Positions 40,130 to 55,774 are shown, counted from the stretch's first letter. The stretch is 64,000 nt of DNA from Eledone cirrhosa (GCA_964016885.1 OZ024740.1:98890001-98954000), one strand, 5' to 3'. The notes: generated by a model from the sequence alone, not told the origin. Numbers and translations are program-made.

Positions 40130-41710
40130 GGGAGATTTTAGTGTAGGTGGTCGAACATTTTGGTGTTTCTGGGGTTGAAGGTGGATACATAGTAAGATAT
40201 TGTTCGTGGTTCTGTTAAGTTGATGAAAATTTACGCGTTTTGCTCTGTCTATTCTGTTAATAATTATGTCAAGTTTGAAGGCTCTTAAGATAAGTGTGTT
40301 TTATAATTAATTTAGTCTTTATTCCCATTTTGTTGGGTCTGATACTATGGTGTGTATACGTTTGGCTAAGTTAAATAGAATGTTAAGTTTTGTATGTTTT
40401 TTGTGATTTGATGTGAATAGGAGGTACTGGTTGGAGTCCGTGGGTTTATAAAGATGTCTGTTTCTATTTTCCCATCTGTTTTTAAAATAAGGATATCAAA
40501 GAAGGCTAATTCCTTGGAGGTGGATTCCATTGTGAATTATATGTTATTGTTAATGTTGTTTATCATATTTTTAAAAACAGTGAGTGTATTCATGTTTTCC
40601 TGCCATAGTAGAAAGCATTCGTCTTGGTATCTCTTCCAATTGTTTTTGAGGTGGGTAAGGAAAGAGTCTCCAAATAATAGATGAGATTGGTTGTAGATTT
40701 GTTGTTCGTGGAATCCCGTGGAGGATACCTTCGTGCCCATTACATTACCTGAGATTTGTCGGTATGTTGAAAGTAAAATAATTATTCTGATAAATCGGAG
40801 TCCGTCAATAATAAAGTTTTCTTGATGTGTATTGGTATTTCAGATTGGTGTGTGTCTATCCAGTACTGGATTGCCGTTATTCCATAGTTGTGGGGTATGT
40901 TAGTGTAAAGGTTTACTATGTCAAAGGAGACAAGAATTGTGTCTTCACTTACTGTTTTAGGTAGGTGGTTCAGCATATCAAGTTCATCCCGTATGTAACT
41001 CTGTATATGTTTTAGGAAGGGCTTTAGTAGGATGTCCAGGAAGTTGATAAGTTTTTAGGTTTCACGAGCAGGGTCTGCTATAATTGGTCTGAGTTTTAAG
41101 TCTTCTGGTGGTGTTAATTGTATGTATTTGTTTGTCAAAGTGTCTCAGGCATCGTTTATGAGTTTACGTTTGTAGATGTTCGGTAAGCCATAAAAAGTAC
41201 TTGTTTTGCATTTGAAATGGCTTATGTTGCAGGTTAGTTCAATGTTGTTTTAAAGTTGGTTTCTGTAGGAGATATTTGTGTGGATACCTATGTTATGGTG
41301 GTTGGATATGTTTCTTCTACTGTTGTTGGTTGTATTTGGTTTGTGTTAAGTGGGATTTTGTCTGTAGTGTATGCGTGTCTCGCTTGGTGGTATGAATGTT
41401 TCTGTTTTGTTTAATTTCTCTATAAAGGGGTTATCTGTGTGATGTATTCTTTTGAAATACTTTTCATATTTAAGGAATCAATTTTCTGGTTTTTCCCATC
41501 ATTTTGCTGAAATTAGTTCTGCATTCTCGCAGTCCTGTTTCCAGGATTTAATTAAATTTTGTAGGGTTGGTCCCTCGGTGTTTCTAGCACATATTTGTTC
41601 CATTTGTTGGTCAATATCCTGGTAATTTTGTTCATTGGAGGTGCCTCTTAAATTTGAGAGTTCTATTTCCATATTCATTTTGTTGAATGACATTTATTCT
41701 CATAGTTTCC
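40130..41710 (-). pseudogene. PLE (Penelope/Poseidon-type) reverse transcriptase fragment
   Basis: LVSFDIVNLYTNIPH, MGTKVS, WKRYQDECFLLW, and further on YKPTDSNQYL.F.SNH..HTK. Confidence 0.82.
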
Positions 41711-42067
41711 TTTCTTGTTCAGGCTCATTAGTTATGGGTTTTAAGATACACACACACTCACACACACGCACACACATATATATATATATTTATATACACA
41801 CTCACACATACACACTCATACTCTCTAAAACTTTATTCCTAAAATAGAATTTCTTTTACAATCCTATACTATTGACAATCCTATATACCTCTCTCTCCTA
41901 TAGCAGTTGTCTCTGGCTTACATTTTCCTTCTTCACCCCCCCCCCCATCTAAACTCTTGACCAGTCTTTAACACAATTGAGGTACACACACATATATACA
42001 GAAAAAATTCCTCTCCCTAAAAATATTTTTTTCTGTGAAAAGACCCAACTATCATTACTACTACGAC

Positions 42068-42152
<85 letters not shown>

Positions 42153-42485
42153 TTCTATTCTAGAACCAGTCTTCTTCTCAAAAAGAAAGATGAACAGACC
42201 TTCTTCAACGCTTAATTTTAAAGTTTAAATGCTTTTAAATTCTTTTTAATACTTTTTGATTGTAATACTGAACAGTTGATAAGATGGATTACACCGATAC
42301 ATCGAAACCGGTTATATTATTTCTTAAAAGAAAAATGTTTCTGTCATTTTTTCAATAATGTCACCTTGACGGATAAAATAAGAAAAAAAAGAAAAACCAG
42401 ATATGTAAAATATATTTTCCGTGCTATTTCCAATTTCACTTTTTCTCTACATCCTCTGTTTTGTATAGAATCCTACTCCCTTTAC

Positions 42486-42575
<90 letters not shown>

Positions 42576-42616
42576 GAAATTAAAGAACGCCTACATACTC
42601 ATACGTGGTCTACGTA

Positions 42617-42648
<32 letters not shown>

Positions 42649-42649
42649 A

Positions 42650-43102
42650 ATGGACGCTATCCGCAAGGCTATACGGAGAGAGCGCCTCGACATCCACCTG
42701 GCCCAATCGGGCCGCTCCCTGCGAAGATGCCTCTCCAGGAAACCCGGAAAATCAACTGACGCGTGCTCCCTCAGAAACTGCTCGATGCGCCATGCGAACT
42801 GTTGCCTACGCACATACGTCGTGTATCAGATAGAATGTAACAAGTGCAACCAATACTATATAGGTAGCACAATCCGGTCGTTGCACATCCGGATCAAGGA
42901 AAATACTAAAACCAGGGCCTCGTCTTTCCGGAAAGACAGCCAAATGCGGAAACAAATACGGAAGGCCCATTGTCACAATTCTAGCGACAGAAAGAAACGT
43001 CGGCACGTTACGTATCAAGGAAGCACTTTGGATCAAACGCCTAGGGCCACAATTAAACAACTGATCCGAGAGAAGCGAAATGAGGTGGTTGGTTTAAGTT
43101 AA
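42650..43102 (+). pseudogene. PLE GIY-YIG endonuclease 3' fragment followed by a pseudo-LTR-like region (to ~43765)
   Basis: C...NC....NCCLRTYVVYQIECNKCNQYYIGSTIRSLHIRIKE, matching the VY...YIG.T.R.L..R..E pattern. Confidence 0.8.
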
Positions 43103-44349
43103 CAAACGATGCAGCAACACACGCACACACACAAGCGAGACAGCAACACACACACACACAGTAGCATTCCACCATACGAACATACTACAATACAGAGGGA
43201 CAAGGCAACAACACACGCACACAAACACACACACTCAAGCGAGACAACAACGCACGCACACACACACACAGTAACAGGCAGAGAATGGACTGACAGCTGG
43301 CGCCTCCCCACTCCCACAATTGAAAGAACTACTTCGGCCGCTGACCTCTACCTGACCGACCCCATTTCACGCGCGTGCGCGCTTTGCCGAATACCTCAGA
43401 TATTCAAAACATCGAACAGCGGAGGACACGTTCGCACGTTTCCGACAGGCCCCCCTCCTCCCGAAGAAAAACCGAGTTGATGGATGTGAATCCGAAATAT
43501 ATAGGGACAATTAAATCTCTCCCAAGGTAACTCTTTCTCGTGTTGTTATTTTTATTTTTATCCTTTACGCTCATTCCTTCATTCCTCTACACATTACAGT
43601 CTTATACACGCCACGCATCTCAACGTACACCCGCTTACATCTCTCTCTCCACCACCGGATCTTGTTACCCGGAGATTTACCCATCTGCATTGTCGAGGCT
43701 TCCAAACGACTTAAAGAAATTTACCTTATTATTCCACAATGCTTCAAGCAAACTTCAATACTCTCATATATATATATATATATATATATACGTATATATG
43801 AAAAGATTAAGGACCCCAATGGCTGAGCTCCAGGTATTTCGGCAGCTAGATTCGAACTGTAGTGCTGTATTTGAACAGCGGGAATATAGCTGAATTTATC
43901 AAGTTGTACAGTCTATATACTAGCAGAGAGTGAAAGCAAAACAAAGTAAAAAATGTTCCTCTTGTTTTTGTCTTTTTTCTGCTTTTCTCCGGGGGTCTTC
44001 AATGATTGGGGGGGGGGGGGGGGGGGCTCAGATCAAGTGGATGGTTTAGTCCTGCTAAATGTTGTGTATTATATTCATTACACTCTTGGTGGCAAAGGGC
44101 TGGACAAGCCAAACCGCAAGAGAAAATGGGTGAGTAGACTTATTGGCCTGAAAGTGCCAAGCCAGTCAGTCACACACACACTATTAATAGAGAAAACTCA
44201 TTATACTACCACAAGTATCGAGTACTCTGGTGAGTTACAGTCCACCTGGTTTTTTTTTTTACCACACCCTATATGATATACATATATATATATTGTAGCA
44301 TAATTAATAAGAAGCATTGTGAAATATGTAATAAATGACTGGTAAGTAT

Positions 44350-44620
44350 CAAAAAGCCAATACAATTCAGTAGAAATATATAAAGGGCAAAATATGACAA
44401 ATAAAATAAAACAAGTGATGTCTTACTCAATTTATTTCAATGTGATATTTCAGAGCTATCACCCTCTTTTCAAATGTGAAATGGAAATGGTTAAAAACAA
44501 ACAATTTTGAAAAGCAGGTATAGCTCTGATATAAATTGGATAAAACATTACTTTGTTTTGTTGTATTTGTCATCCTTTGTTCTTTATATATTTCTACAGC
44601 ATTGTGCCAGCTTTTTGAAA
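44350..44620. repeat. Old, imperfect foldback
   Basis: gtagaaatatataaag...atgacaaata...cagagctat / atagctctg...tatttgtcat...ctttatatatttctac. Confidence 0.6.
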
Positions 44621-44949
44621 CTCATGTGTCGTATGTATGTTGGCGTCAAAAATAAATATTGAATGTTTACTATTCATTGTTTAAGGGTTAATCCACCTTG
44701 TGGTCCCAGTGGACAATGTCTTTTTCATTTTGTCTGCTGGGACGTGATTATAATACCTGTTAATTTGTGCCATTGGTTCCACAACAATGTCTTCCCCATT
44801 TGTTCATAGGACTGGGTGTAGTCTGATACCCACCTCCATTTCTCTTACTTTCACTATTACATTTCATTTCTTTTCTTTTCTATTTCTTTTTTTTTCTTCC
44901 TATCTCTATGAATAAACCTGGAAAATTTTATAAATATATATAATTTTAA

Positions 44950-45312
44950 TAATGGTTTCTGATTTAGACACAAAGCCAACAATTCTTGGGAAGGAGGAGA
45001 GACAATTAAATCAACCCCAGTATATTACTGGTACTTTATTTTATTGACTCTGTAAGGATGAAAGGCAATGTTAACCTTGGAAAGATTTGAAATCAGAACA
45101 TAAAGGGCCATATCACAATGCCACAAAGCATTTTGTTGAATGCTGTACCAATACTGCCAACCCACTGCCCTAGTACTTTATTTCACTGACTGTAAAAATG
45201 AAAGGCAAAGCTAACCTTGGCAGGATTTGAACTCAGAATGTAATGGGCCATAACTCAGTGCCAAAAAACATGTTGTCCAATGCTCTACCTTTATTGCCAA
45301 TTCACTGCCCTA
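44950..45312 (-). mobile_element. Two tandem diverged SINE family B copies
   Basis: 'ggtactttattttattgac...gatgaaaggcaa...gatttgaa' occurs twice. Further copies at ~46738-46952(-) and ~62200-62360(+). Confidence 0.7.
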
Positions 45313-45905
45313 GGTCATTTTAATAATAACATCTGTTATAACTGGTTAAATATAGGTTATAATTAGATAAATATAGGTTATGGTGACTGTAATGCTACTT
45401 ATAATTAAATGAAAGTAGGTTATTTTCTCTGTAATACCTGCTATAATTAGATAAATATACGTTTTGGTTTTATTCTGTAAAATCTTGTAGCTAGAAATGT
45501 CACAACAAAGATTTTATCAAGTATGTTGAAAATAAAATTTGGTGACATATCTTAGCTTTAAATAACATTTCTGCATCAGAATACCTACACTTTTTTTTTG
45601 TTGTTTCTTGCAAGTTACAAAACCTTAGTAATTTCCTATTAAAGACATGATGGGTATTTTTAAAGGCTGCTATTGTGGCTTAGCGTCATTCAAACAATTA
45701 TATGTCCTTAGAGTATCTTATTTGTTAATTGAGTGCAAAATTCTACGCAAAACTTATCTGAGATATTCATTAAGACACCTATCTGTTGATTTGGTTTAAC
45801 GAATATCATTATTATCTCTATTTCAACACAATATTCAATTGCTTCTGTATGGCTTACTTTTGTTTGGAAATCCTATTTCTATAGAACTGCCACATTCATT
45901 TTATG

Positions 45906-45958
<53 letters not shown>

Positions 45959-46013
45959 TATATATCGCAAAATGATTGATATATACATATATCAATCAGA
46001 TGATAAGAATAGA

Positions 46014-46057
<44 letters not shown>

Positions 46058-46081
46058 TTGTGTGTGTGTGTATCAGATAAA

Positions 46082-46123
<42 letters not shown>

Positions 46124-46386
46124 GTGTGTGTATATATCAGATAAAAGGAATATATATATATATATAAATATAATGCAGCATCTTTTTCATATCTCTTTTC
46201 CCTTTTATCAGGGCATTTCTATCACATATTATGTTCAATCCCAAGTGGCATAATTCATACTATATTATTCTCAACATCAATATACACACTCTATCTTACA
46301 AACATCCTCTATACATTTCAGATAATCCCTTTGAATTCCTTTTGCTATTCTGGCTTGCTAAGATAAATGCTAGATTTATATTTATA

Positions 46387-46434
<48 letters not shown>

Positions 46435-47403
46435 TATATAGATAGATAGGTAGATAAATAGTTAGATAATATGTGTGTGTGTGTATGTATATATATGTGT
46501 ATGTATATATGTATCTGAGTTCCTTCATTCTATTCAATACAGTGTACTCTCTGAGCTTTTTGTTTTTGTTAAATTTTATTCAGTACTTCCCTTATCTCCA
46601 GATTCAGAATTTCATTTAGAAAAATAATTTAAATGTTATAAATAATGTGGACAGTGCTATATCCATTATGTTAAAAGTTGATATGAAGAAATGGAAAATT
46701 TGGCATGTTTTAATGTCCTTTACAAAGGTAATCATAACGGTTTCTTATTTAGGCACAAGGAAAAAATTTGGTGGGGGAGGGAAACGGTGACTAAATTGAA
46801 CTGAGTGCTTTACTGGTACTTTATATTTTAAACCGTGTAAGGGTGAAAGACAAAGCTAACCTCGGCAAGAATTCAACTCGGAACGTAAAGATATGTAACT
46901 ATATGCTGCAAAGCATATTGTCTGATGATCTACCAATACTGCCAATCCACCACACTTACAAAAGTAATTATAATACAAGAGAATCACTTCCATGACCAAA
47001 ATTCAGCTATAAATGAATGTTGGTCTTCAAGAACCTATCATATATGATATGCTTATCAGATTAGTTTATAAAATTATTATACCTTAGTATTTTAATACTA
47101 TAAATGTTATGAGTTAGAAAAACAATATTATTTTTTCAAGACATATTTCTTTTCTTTTGACTAAGTACATCTATATATGGAAGAGGTTTATAATAATTGT
47201 TGTTGGTGGTGGTGTTTATATCTGAGTCAAACCTAATCATGCAGACCTATTATCAAAAATCTTTCACTCAACAATATCCTGTTTTCCTTTTATTTTTCAA
47301 CCAAATTATATTTAAGACTGACTTATATGTATTGATGAGGAAAATCTGGATGGTATCTTTAGCACATTTAGTGAATATATAGAATATTTTTAGTTGATTT
47401 GAT

Positions 47404-47404
<1 letters not shown>

Positions 47405-47437
<33 letters not shown>

Positions 47438-48025
47438 GAAGGGTCCTGAGGGAAATTCATCAAGTATGCTTTTAGTGGGTCTTGTCAGAAGCAACTATCT
47501 CCAATTGATTCAGCTGAGCCCATGGATGTTTTTCCAACTATCTTGCTAGTAGTCTACCCCTTGGTCTCCTGCTAGGCTGTTTTGCCTCTAAAATCTGTCC
47601 AATGATTCTTTCCTTAGACGTTCTAATCACCTGTCCATAGTGTCAGAGCTGTGATGTCTCAACTCAGAGTCGTAGCACCTCTACCTAAAGCAACTCTCTG
47701 ATCTTCAAGGTATGCACTCTATCAATTAAAATTACTACAAAGAGCCTTCAGTGGAACTCCACTTTGACCACTTTTATTTTCTATTTGCAATCATATTCTT
47801 TTAGTCATTATCCAATATTCATGACTGTAGGTAAGAGTTGGCATGAATACCAAATTGAAAATGGCACATTCTGTCTTTGACGTCTACCTCCTTTCTTCTG
47901 ATGACTTAATGCTAAATCTAGTGCATTACTCAACGATCTCATGCAATTATTGCACTTAATTCAGCTTCCTGTCTGCCATCACTCATGAACATGGCCTCGA
48001 TATATGTGAAATTCTCCACCTAGTA
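47405..48025 (-). mobile_element. Degraded RTE-like LINE 3' fragment with (gaa)n tail
   Basis: Minus-strand remnants resembling F.Y.G...LTY.HE.W...YGQV.R...GRP.GR, ending in a (ttc)n tract. Confidence 0.5.
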
Positions 48026-50760
48026 ACAATATTATATATATTTAAATTAACACACCTGTTGTTAGATATTTCCTGCTAAATCATTACAGGATGTTAAGTG
48101 TTAGTATTCTTGTAGGTAATCCTGATGTTAAAGAAACACAGTCCTCATGATAATCTCACATACAGTAACCCCCTAGAAAATGTTACTTACAAGGTTTTAA
48201 ATGACACAACACTATGGTAGAAGAGACTTGCACAAGTTGATGTGCACCGGAATTGAAACCAAAACCATGAAGCTATGAAACATTCCCTCATACTTACAAT
48301 CACATATTAACTTTAAAAAAAAAACTAAAAATGTTATGAATATATTGTTCAAAATTTTCCCATATCTACCAAATACCTGATGTTAGGAAATTCTATATTC
48401 ATAAAAAATGTCATGTAGATAATGAAACAGTTTGATAAGAAAAAAGACTGAAGGAGTTCAAATTTGTTATATTACTAAAGAAACAGATACCACTAAGCCT
48501 GAAGTATAGAGTGTTTGACCAGTGTATTATATCAGCAATGATTCAGAGACATGGTTAAGGATCAAAAGTATGAAACAAAAGCATATAACAATAAACAGTG
48601 GTATGAAAAGATCCATGCTTCTAATCACTAAAATGAACAAAAGAGGTGAATGATAAGAGAGTAAACAAAAGTGTGATGGTTTCAGTGATGAGTGCTTCAG
48701 TTGTTTGATCAATAGAACAGCCTGTGCATGAAATCAACATATAAGCAGCTGAAAATTCCACAAACACAGGAAGAGGAAATGGAAATGAGTAAAGCATATG
48801 GTCTAAATAAATGACAACAGGGGGAGGTAGCTTTATGCATTCAGAGATCAAGATAGAGGGATGCTATTTATATATGTTTATTATGGATTTTGTATGGATT
48901 ATTAAAGGAGAGGAACCATTGACACTGGCTTGAGGAGGCTTCCTTGCAGCCAGCACACAATGGATGGCTGAGTATAAAGATAATAATGATGAAGTGGGGG
49001 ATGGAACACAGGATGAAGAGGAGAATTAGGAGGGAAGAGAATGAGAAGGATGAGGATAGGAAAGACAATGGTGTTGATGATAATGCTGATAAGAAGGAGG
49101 AGGAGGAAAGTATAGTTAATCATCATATAGTTAATTATCATTGATCTGCTTGATTAAGATTGACCAATGGTTAAACAACAACAGCAACAATTTTATTTAT
49201 ATCTTTTCCCTATAAAACCTGAACCTGAAATAGATATATTTTTAAAATATCACCAAAGTGATATTTTATTCTTTTAAATTATATAACATGGATTATAATA
49301 TTTACTACTTTTAATAATATAACACGTTATAATAATTCCATCAACTTTGATGAAGGATTTGTCAGCTACAATTAATTTTTCTCAGTAATTTATTATCGAG
49401 AATATTCTTATTCTAACATGTGTCCAGTATTGCACACATACTTGGTAATTCTCTCATCAGTCACTAATTTGGCAAGTACAGAAAAGACCCTGTTTTGATG
49501 AAGAGATTGAAAAACACCAAAACATACCTGGAGTTCTTTCTCATATTTGTCAGAATAATTAAAATAATATTATTTTGCAATTAATAATAATTTTTCCTTG
49601 CAAAATAATCATTACAAAGAAATTCTTGAAAAATATAAAACATCATTTTAATTTCATTATTTTGATATATCAAATATTCACAATTAAAGATATGTCCAAT
49701 ATTAAAGAAACTATAATCATTTGAATTAACAAACCCACTTTTAGATATTTTTTCTCAAACCTTACAGAATACTAAGAATTAATGCTCCTCTGTTTTATTG
49801 GTTAGTTAAGTGGAAGGGCAGTGTCTATGATCCTCTTCAATGCCCTTATGAGTAATGCTGGAAGGTAGGAGGATATGGCAAAACAAGTGATATGGCTTGT
49901 ATGTTTGCCATATGAGGAATTCTACTAAACACACCCATGGTTTAAGTGTTGACATTGAACCAAGCAAAGGATTAAGTTTCTGCATTAAATATGCTAACAG
50001 TAACTTAACTAAAATATATTTGGTTATTTGAATTGATATGAAGAATCTTGTACACCATTGGCAAACTCCTTGATTGAAATCGAACACAACACTACATGTT
50101 GCCAAGTAAAATTTCTTAATGGCACAACTGTTTGTATTCGTACTTTCTACACCATAATGATGCTCAGACCATATTCATTGCACCTATTCAACTACAAAAG
50201 CAATGATTTTTTTTAAAAATCAGTATGTATATAAGCAGAAAGTAAAATATCATTCCATCTCTTTACAAAACTAGAAAATATTTTGTCAATGTTGTTCTTG
50301 GCATATACAGTGAAACTGATCCAGTCAAATTATGTTATGGTGAATTATTTGCTTCTGATCTTCTTGGATTAACTTATTGAAAGTTTGAAATCTAGCAACT
50401 TTATAATGTTTGAGGATTGTTTTTTTTATTTTCATGTGCTTACTGTATATTCATATATTTACTTAACAAAAGTAAAAAATTGATATATCAAATGAGCTAT
50501 GCCAGCCAATTTTCGAGCTCTATTTTGTTCAGAAAATAGAATAAATCAATTCATGCAAAGAGTAAACTATATGAGAGAGAGAGAGAGAGGGGGGGGGGGG
50601 AGTACCCCCAGCTAAAAATTCCTGACTGCAATTTGATTGCAGTTTCTGATTTTGTATACGAAAATGTGTATATATATTTGTTTCTCTGAATGAGATCTTT
50701 TTAACAATCTGCTTTCATTGAGATGTTATGAATATTCGTGACAATTTTAATTATGTATAA

Positions 50761-50997
<237 letters not shown>

Positions 50998-51027
50998 ATT
51001 ATATATGTATATATATATAGTGGAGGA

Positions 51028-51366
51028 ACATGGCTTGGTGGTTAGAGCATTGGACATGCAATAGAAAGGTTGTGAGTTCAAATCTCACACCGGCTGATCT
51101 GTTGTTTCCTTGAGCAAGACACTTTATTTCACATTGCTCCAGTTTACTCATCTGTAGAAATGAGATGATAGGGACTGGGGTCCATATCATTCCACTGCAA
51201 AGTGGTTGTGGAGGTGCCATGGCAAAAAAGCACCCAGCACTCACTGTAAATGATGTTGGTGTTAGGAAGGGCATCCAGCTGTAGAAATCAAGCCAGAATC
51301 AGTTCCCGTCCCACGCTTGCAACCAGGGAAAAGTGGACGTAAAATGATGATGATGATGATGATGAT
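51028..51366 (+). mobile_element. Full-length SINE family A
   Basis: A-box 'tggcttggtgg', B-box-like 'gagttcaaatc', 'tccttgagcaagacactt', 3' end 'ttaggaagggcatccagctgtagaaa...ggacgtaaaatgatgatg' shared with the RTE LINE. Confidence 0.85.
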
Positions 51367-51864
51367 ATATATATATATATAAAATGACAAAATGGAGTTA
51401 TAGACTTGCTTTAATCCCCTGAAATTTAATGAGCTCAAGGTATAAGTACCGGGCACTTCATAATATAATATATAGAGAAGAACACACAAAGAAGTATGTT
51501 TTGAATTACGAGGGGTAGAGAACGACTAGAGTGGAAAGCATAAAGTCTACGAAAAGGTTGGGATATACATAATAATTGGAAAGGTAAATAAAAATGCACC
51601 AACCCACCTTTATAACTATAAAACATCTGGACAGACTCAAAGAAGAAAATGTTTCGCCATAAACATTGTCAGAACCATAACATCTCAGGGCTCATCGGCA
51701 GGTGTAAAGACGATATGGACTGCACTTCTAAAGAGACTTTAGATAACTAAATTGCACTTGGTAAGAGAAAGAAAACACACGCATCAGACAGTATATATAT
51801 ATATAGAGAGAGAGAGTGAGAACCAGTGATGTAAACCTATTCCAGTCACAAGAAGGACCCATAG

Positions 51865-52490
51865 AAGTGGTTGCTAGCTTTTGCTATCCAAGCGACATAA
51901 TTAGCAATGGAGGAGGGAGCTCTGAGGGCATAATAGCTAATAAGGATAGGATGGAAAAAATTTAGAGACTTTCTTCCACTGTTGACCACAAAAGGTTCCT
52001 CCCAGCATTAAAAAATGACAACTGTATGATGCCTCTGTGCAATGCTGCATGGTAGTGAAACATGGGCTGTGGCTAGTGAGGACATGCATAGACTGGAGAC
52101 AAATGAAGCAATCATGCTCCATTAGTTGTGAAATATAAGCAATATAAGTGTGAGAGAAAAGCTGAGCTTGGACGAATTGAGGGATAAGCTGGGTTTAAAG
52201 GGAATCTGAGGTGGTGTGCAGGAGAGAAGATTTGCATTGGCATGGGCATGTGATGTGCATGGACAATGATTGTTGAGTGAAGAAGTGCCAGAACATGCCA
52301 GTGGAAGGAAGTCGCAGTAGAATTAGACCAAGAAAGACCTGGACAGAGGTTGTTAGAGCTGATCTCAAATCACTGAGACACACAGAAGAAATGATGAAGA
52401 AACACGACGAAGGAAGAGATGCCTTGGTAAGAAGGACCTGTCCAACTCATACAAGCCTGGAAAGATGGACGTAAAATCGATAATGGTGAT
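51865..52490 (+). mobile_element. Degraded RTE LINE 3' fragment
   Basis: Remnants RIGWKKFR, MLHGSETW, WHGHV, VKKC....VEG.R.R.RPRKTW parallel 59880-60400. Confidence 0.75.
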
Positions 52491-53866
52491 ATATATACAC
52501 TTAAAATACATGGCAAACTAGCATATGTTTCCTTGGTATCCAGGCATTCATGATGGTATCTGATAAATTGCAACATAATCTGCTATGATTATTCTTATCC
52601 CATCATGAAATACTGTGTGCCAATGAAAACATGATTAGTTTCCATATATTTTAAGTAATATAAAATACTTCTGTGTTGCATGTAAGGCCCATTAATTTGT
52701 AATTAAATATCATTCTCAGAGAATTATATGCAAGTATGTATGAGTGTGTTTGTGTGTGTGTGTGTGCGCATGTTTGTGTCTGTTTGTATGTTTGTGTGTG
52801 TATGTGTATGTATGTATTTTGTACATATCTATATGTATTTTATTTTCAAACAATTTTGGTTTATATGAAAATAGTCAATCATATGTGGTTGCATTATTCC
52901 ATAGTGTTACCAAATATGGCTTGCATATGTGAACAATTTATTGGACTGTGTTGCAGTATAATAGAATTAATCTCCAATTATGCTGTGTGGATTGAAAGAT
53001 TTTTGTTTTGTATACAAACTATAACATATTGATCAGCAGAATTTCTGAGCAGAAAAATCACTCAAAAAATTGGAATCCAATAATTATTGTTTCAAAAAGC
53101 AAGGGAAAAATCCAAATTCTAAGGAGATTTCCAATTTTCCATAGTAACAATTCTTTATTAATATCCTCACCTCTATCTTGCAAATGACAGGAATTTAATG
53201 TTTTCTACTAAAACCAAAAGAAAACTTTATTATTGTCATAAAAAATAATGATTTGTTTTTTTTATATAATCCTATTAATTTTTGTTTGTATTATTGCTCT
53301 TATTATTATTATTGTTGCTGTTAATAGTAGTTGCTTACTTTCTTTTCTCAATGTATCGATTACTGTTGATTGTGTATAGTGGTTATTGACTGAACAGGAA
53401 AGGAAATAGAAGTTTTCCTTCATATCCCTGGTGTTTAAATAAGGATTGACTATAATTTTATTCATTTTACATATTATTTGGTCTTTGTCTCATTGGAAAG
53501 GCTTGTGCATAATGTAACATTTGGGATCACATGGACAATTTTTACTTTTTATTTTTAATATATTGCTTTGATCCGGAATCACTGATTCTTATAAATCATA
53601 TTGTTATTTATAACATTCAGATTTTTACTCCCCCAACTTTCTTCAGATTCCCAGTTGTAAATGATTGTTGCTGCTACTGTGGTTACTGTTGCAGCTGCTG
53701 CTGTTGGAGATTTACTTGAGCAGATATATTCATAGCTTATTTATGAAAAGAGTGTTATTTAATGTTACTGAGACATCAAGTAGAAAGTAGATTTTTATTA
53801 CATCTATGATTATAATATCTGGTTTTGTAGATGAAACTATTTGATCAATACTGATAAACATACATT

Positions 53867-54085
53867 AAGTTAGCAGAAATAATTGTTTCTACTTTAGGCA
53901 CAAGGCCAGCAATTACTCAGTACATTACTGGTACTTTATTTTATCGACCCCGTAAGGATGAAAGGCAAAGTTAACCTCGGCAGGATTTGAACTCAGAATG
54001 GCAAGAACCGTAACTCTATGCGTCAAAGCATGGCATCCGACCCTCTACCGATACTGCCAATCCACCGCAAGTTAGCAGAAATAAT
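53867..54085 (-). mobile_element. Young SINE family B copy with 17-bp target-site duplication
   Basis: 'aagttagcagaaataat' at 53867-53883 and 54069-54085 flanks the SINE. Confidence 0.9.
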
Positions 54086-55439
54086 GACAGAAAAACATAT
54101 TAAATTACTTCTAGTATTTTATTTGATCCCTACAGTTAACATTTAAAGCAACATTTAAAGCATCATTACTTGCTAGAAACCAGATAATCCAGTATAAATT
54201 TATATAGGTATAAGTACAGTTATAAGTGAAAAATGTAAAGGCAACTGCTTCTGTTTTTCTGTGTAACAGGGACAACTGACCAAGTTTCTATATAACTCAA
54301 TCTTTGTATACCTACATGTCTATCTGTCTATCTATTTATATAACCCTCTACATCTGCAATTCTATCTATTTGTTAGTCAACTTTTGTATTCACCTATCAC
54401 TTTCTACATATATGTATGTGTGTACCAAAATATATGGTAGTGTCCAATCCGTATGAAGAACTCAATGTAATCCAAATATCATGAAAAGAGAAGATGTATT
54501 CATATATATATATATGTTAAGAGTGTGAAGGAGCATGGTTAGGGAACTCAACTGACCATCATAAGTTTGTGAGTTTGATTACCAGCAGTTTGTTATGTCC
54601 TTAAGCAAGGCAATTTATTTCATGTCCCTCCAGTACATTCAGCTCGCAAAAGAGTGTTGTACCTCTAATTCGAAAGGTAAACCCTGTCATACTCTGTGGT
54701 ATGCTGAATCTCCCCAAGACTTTCATTAAGGATATGCAGGTCTGTGGAATCTTCAGGTACTTGCATAGTAACTTAGCAAGTCATTGTTCAAACTGAAGCA
54801 CTTGTTGTCGGAACTAACAGATCCAACACACATGTATGTATGTATACATGCATGCATTTATGTATATGTATGTATGTGTGTATGCATGCATGCACGTATG
54901 TATGTATGTATGCATGCATGTATGTTATATGTATGCATGCATGCATGGATTTATATATGTATGTATGCATACATGTATATATGTATGCATATGTAGATGT
55001 ATGTATGTATGTGTGGTCTGGAAGATAGACATTAAACGATGATGATGATGTGTGTATTTGTATTTATATGTGGCTGTGTGTTAATAAACATATGTTTACA
55101 TGCATGTGTATTAAATTGAAAAAGTCTGCCCCCTACCTCATGCTTCTTTCCAATAGTTAACAAATACATGAAATCAATTGATTTATTTACCTAACACATA
55201 ATCATTCAGAATTCCCATCCTGGAACATTGCAATCTATCTTCCCCCCTCTTCTCCCTTTTATTCTCTCTCTCTTTCTTACACACACACACACACTCTCAC
55301 TCATTCCTCTACATATATGTATTTTATTGGCAGTTACAAACACATTCCTACACACACAGTATTACAACAACAATTTCTCACACACATACGCACAGATTCA
55401 CAGCCACAGACTCCTGCCAAACTACCAAATGAAATCAGA

Positions 55440-55481
<42 letters not shown>

Positions 55482-55712
55482 GTCACACATATAGGTGCAC
55501 ATACACACATTAATCAATTTAGTTTCTATTTGTTCCAATCAAGGTTGATTTGGAATGTAGGACAAAAAAGAAAAAAATGACCAATCGTATAACTACAAGA
55601 AGCATTTAGAGCTGTCTGGTCTTATGGGAAATTTATACATTCAAACATATATATATATATATATATATAAATATACACATATACACACACACACACACAT
55701 TTATATATATGT

Positions 55713-55774
<62 letters not shown>

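Noticed and set aside
51640-51705. CCGATGA-gcc...ggc-GAAA motif on the minus strand
   Set aside because: No stem I or III pairing found; at best a heavily decayed HHR.
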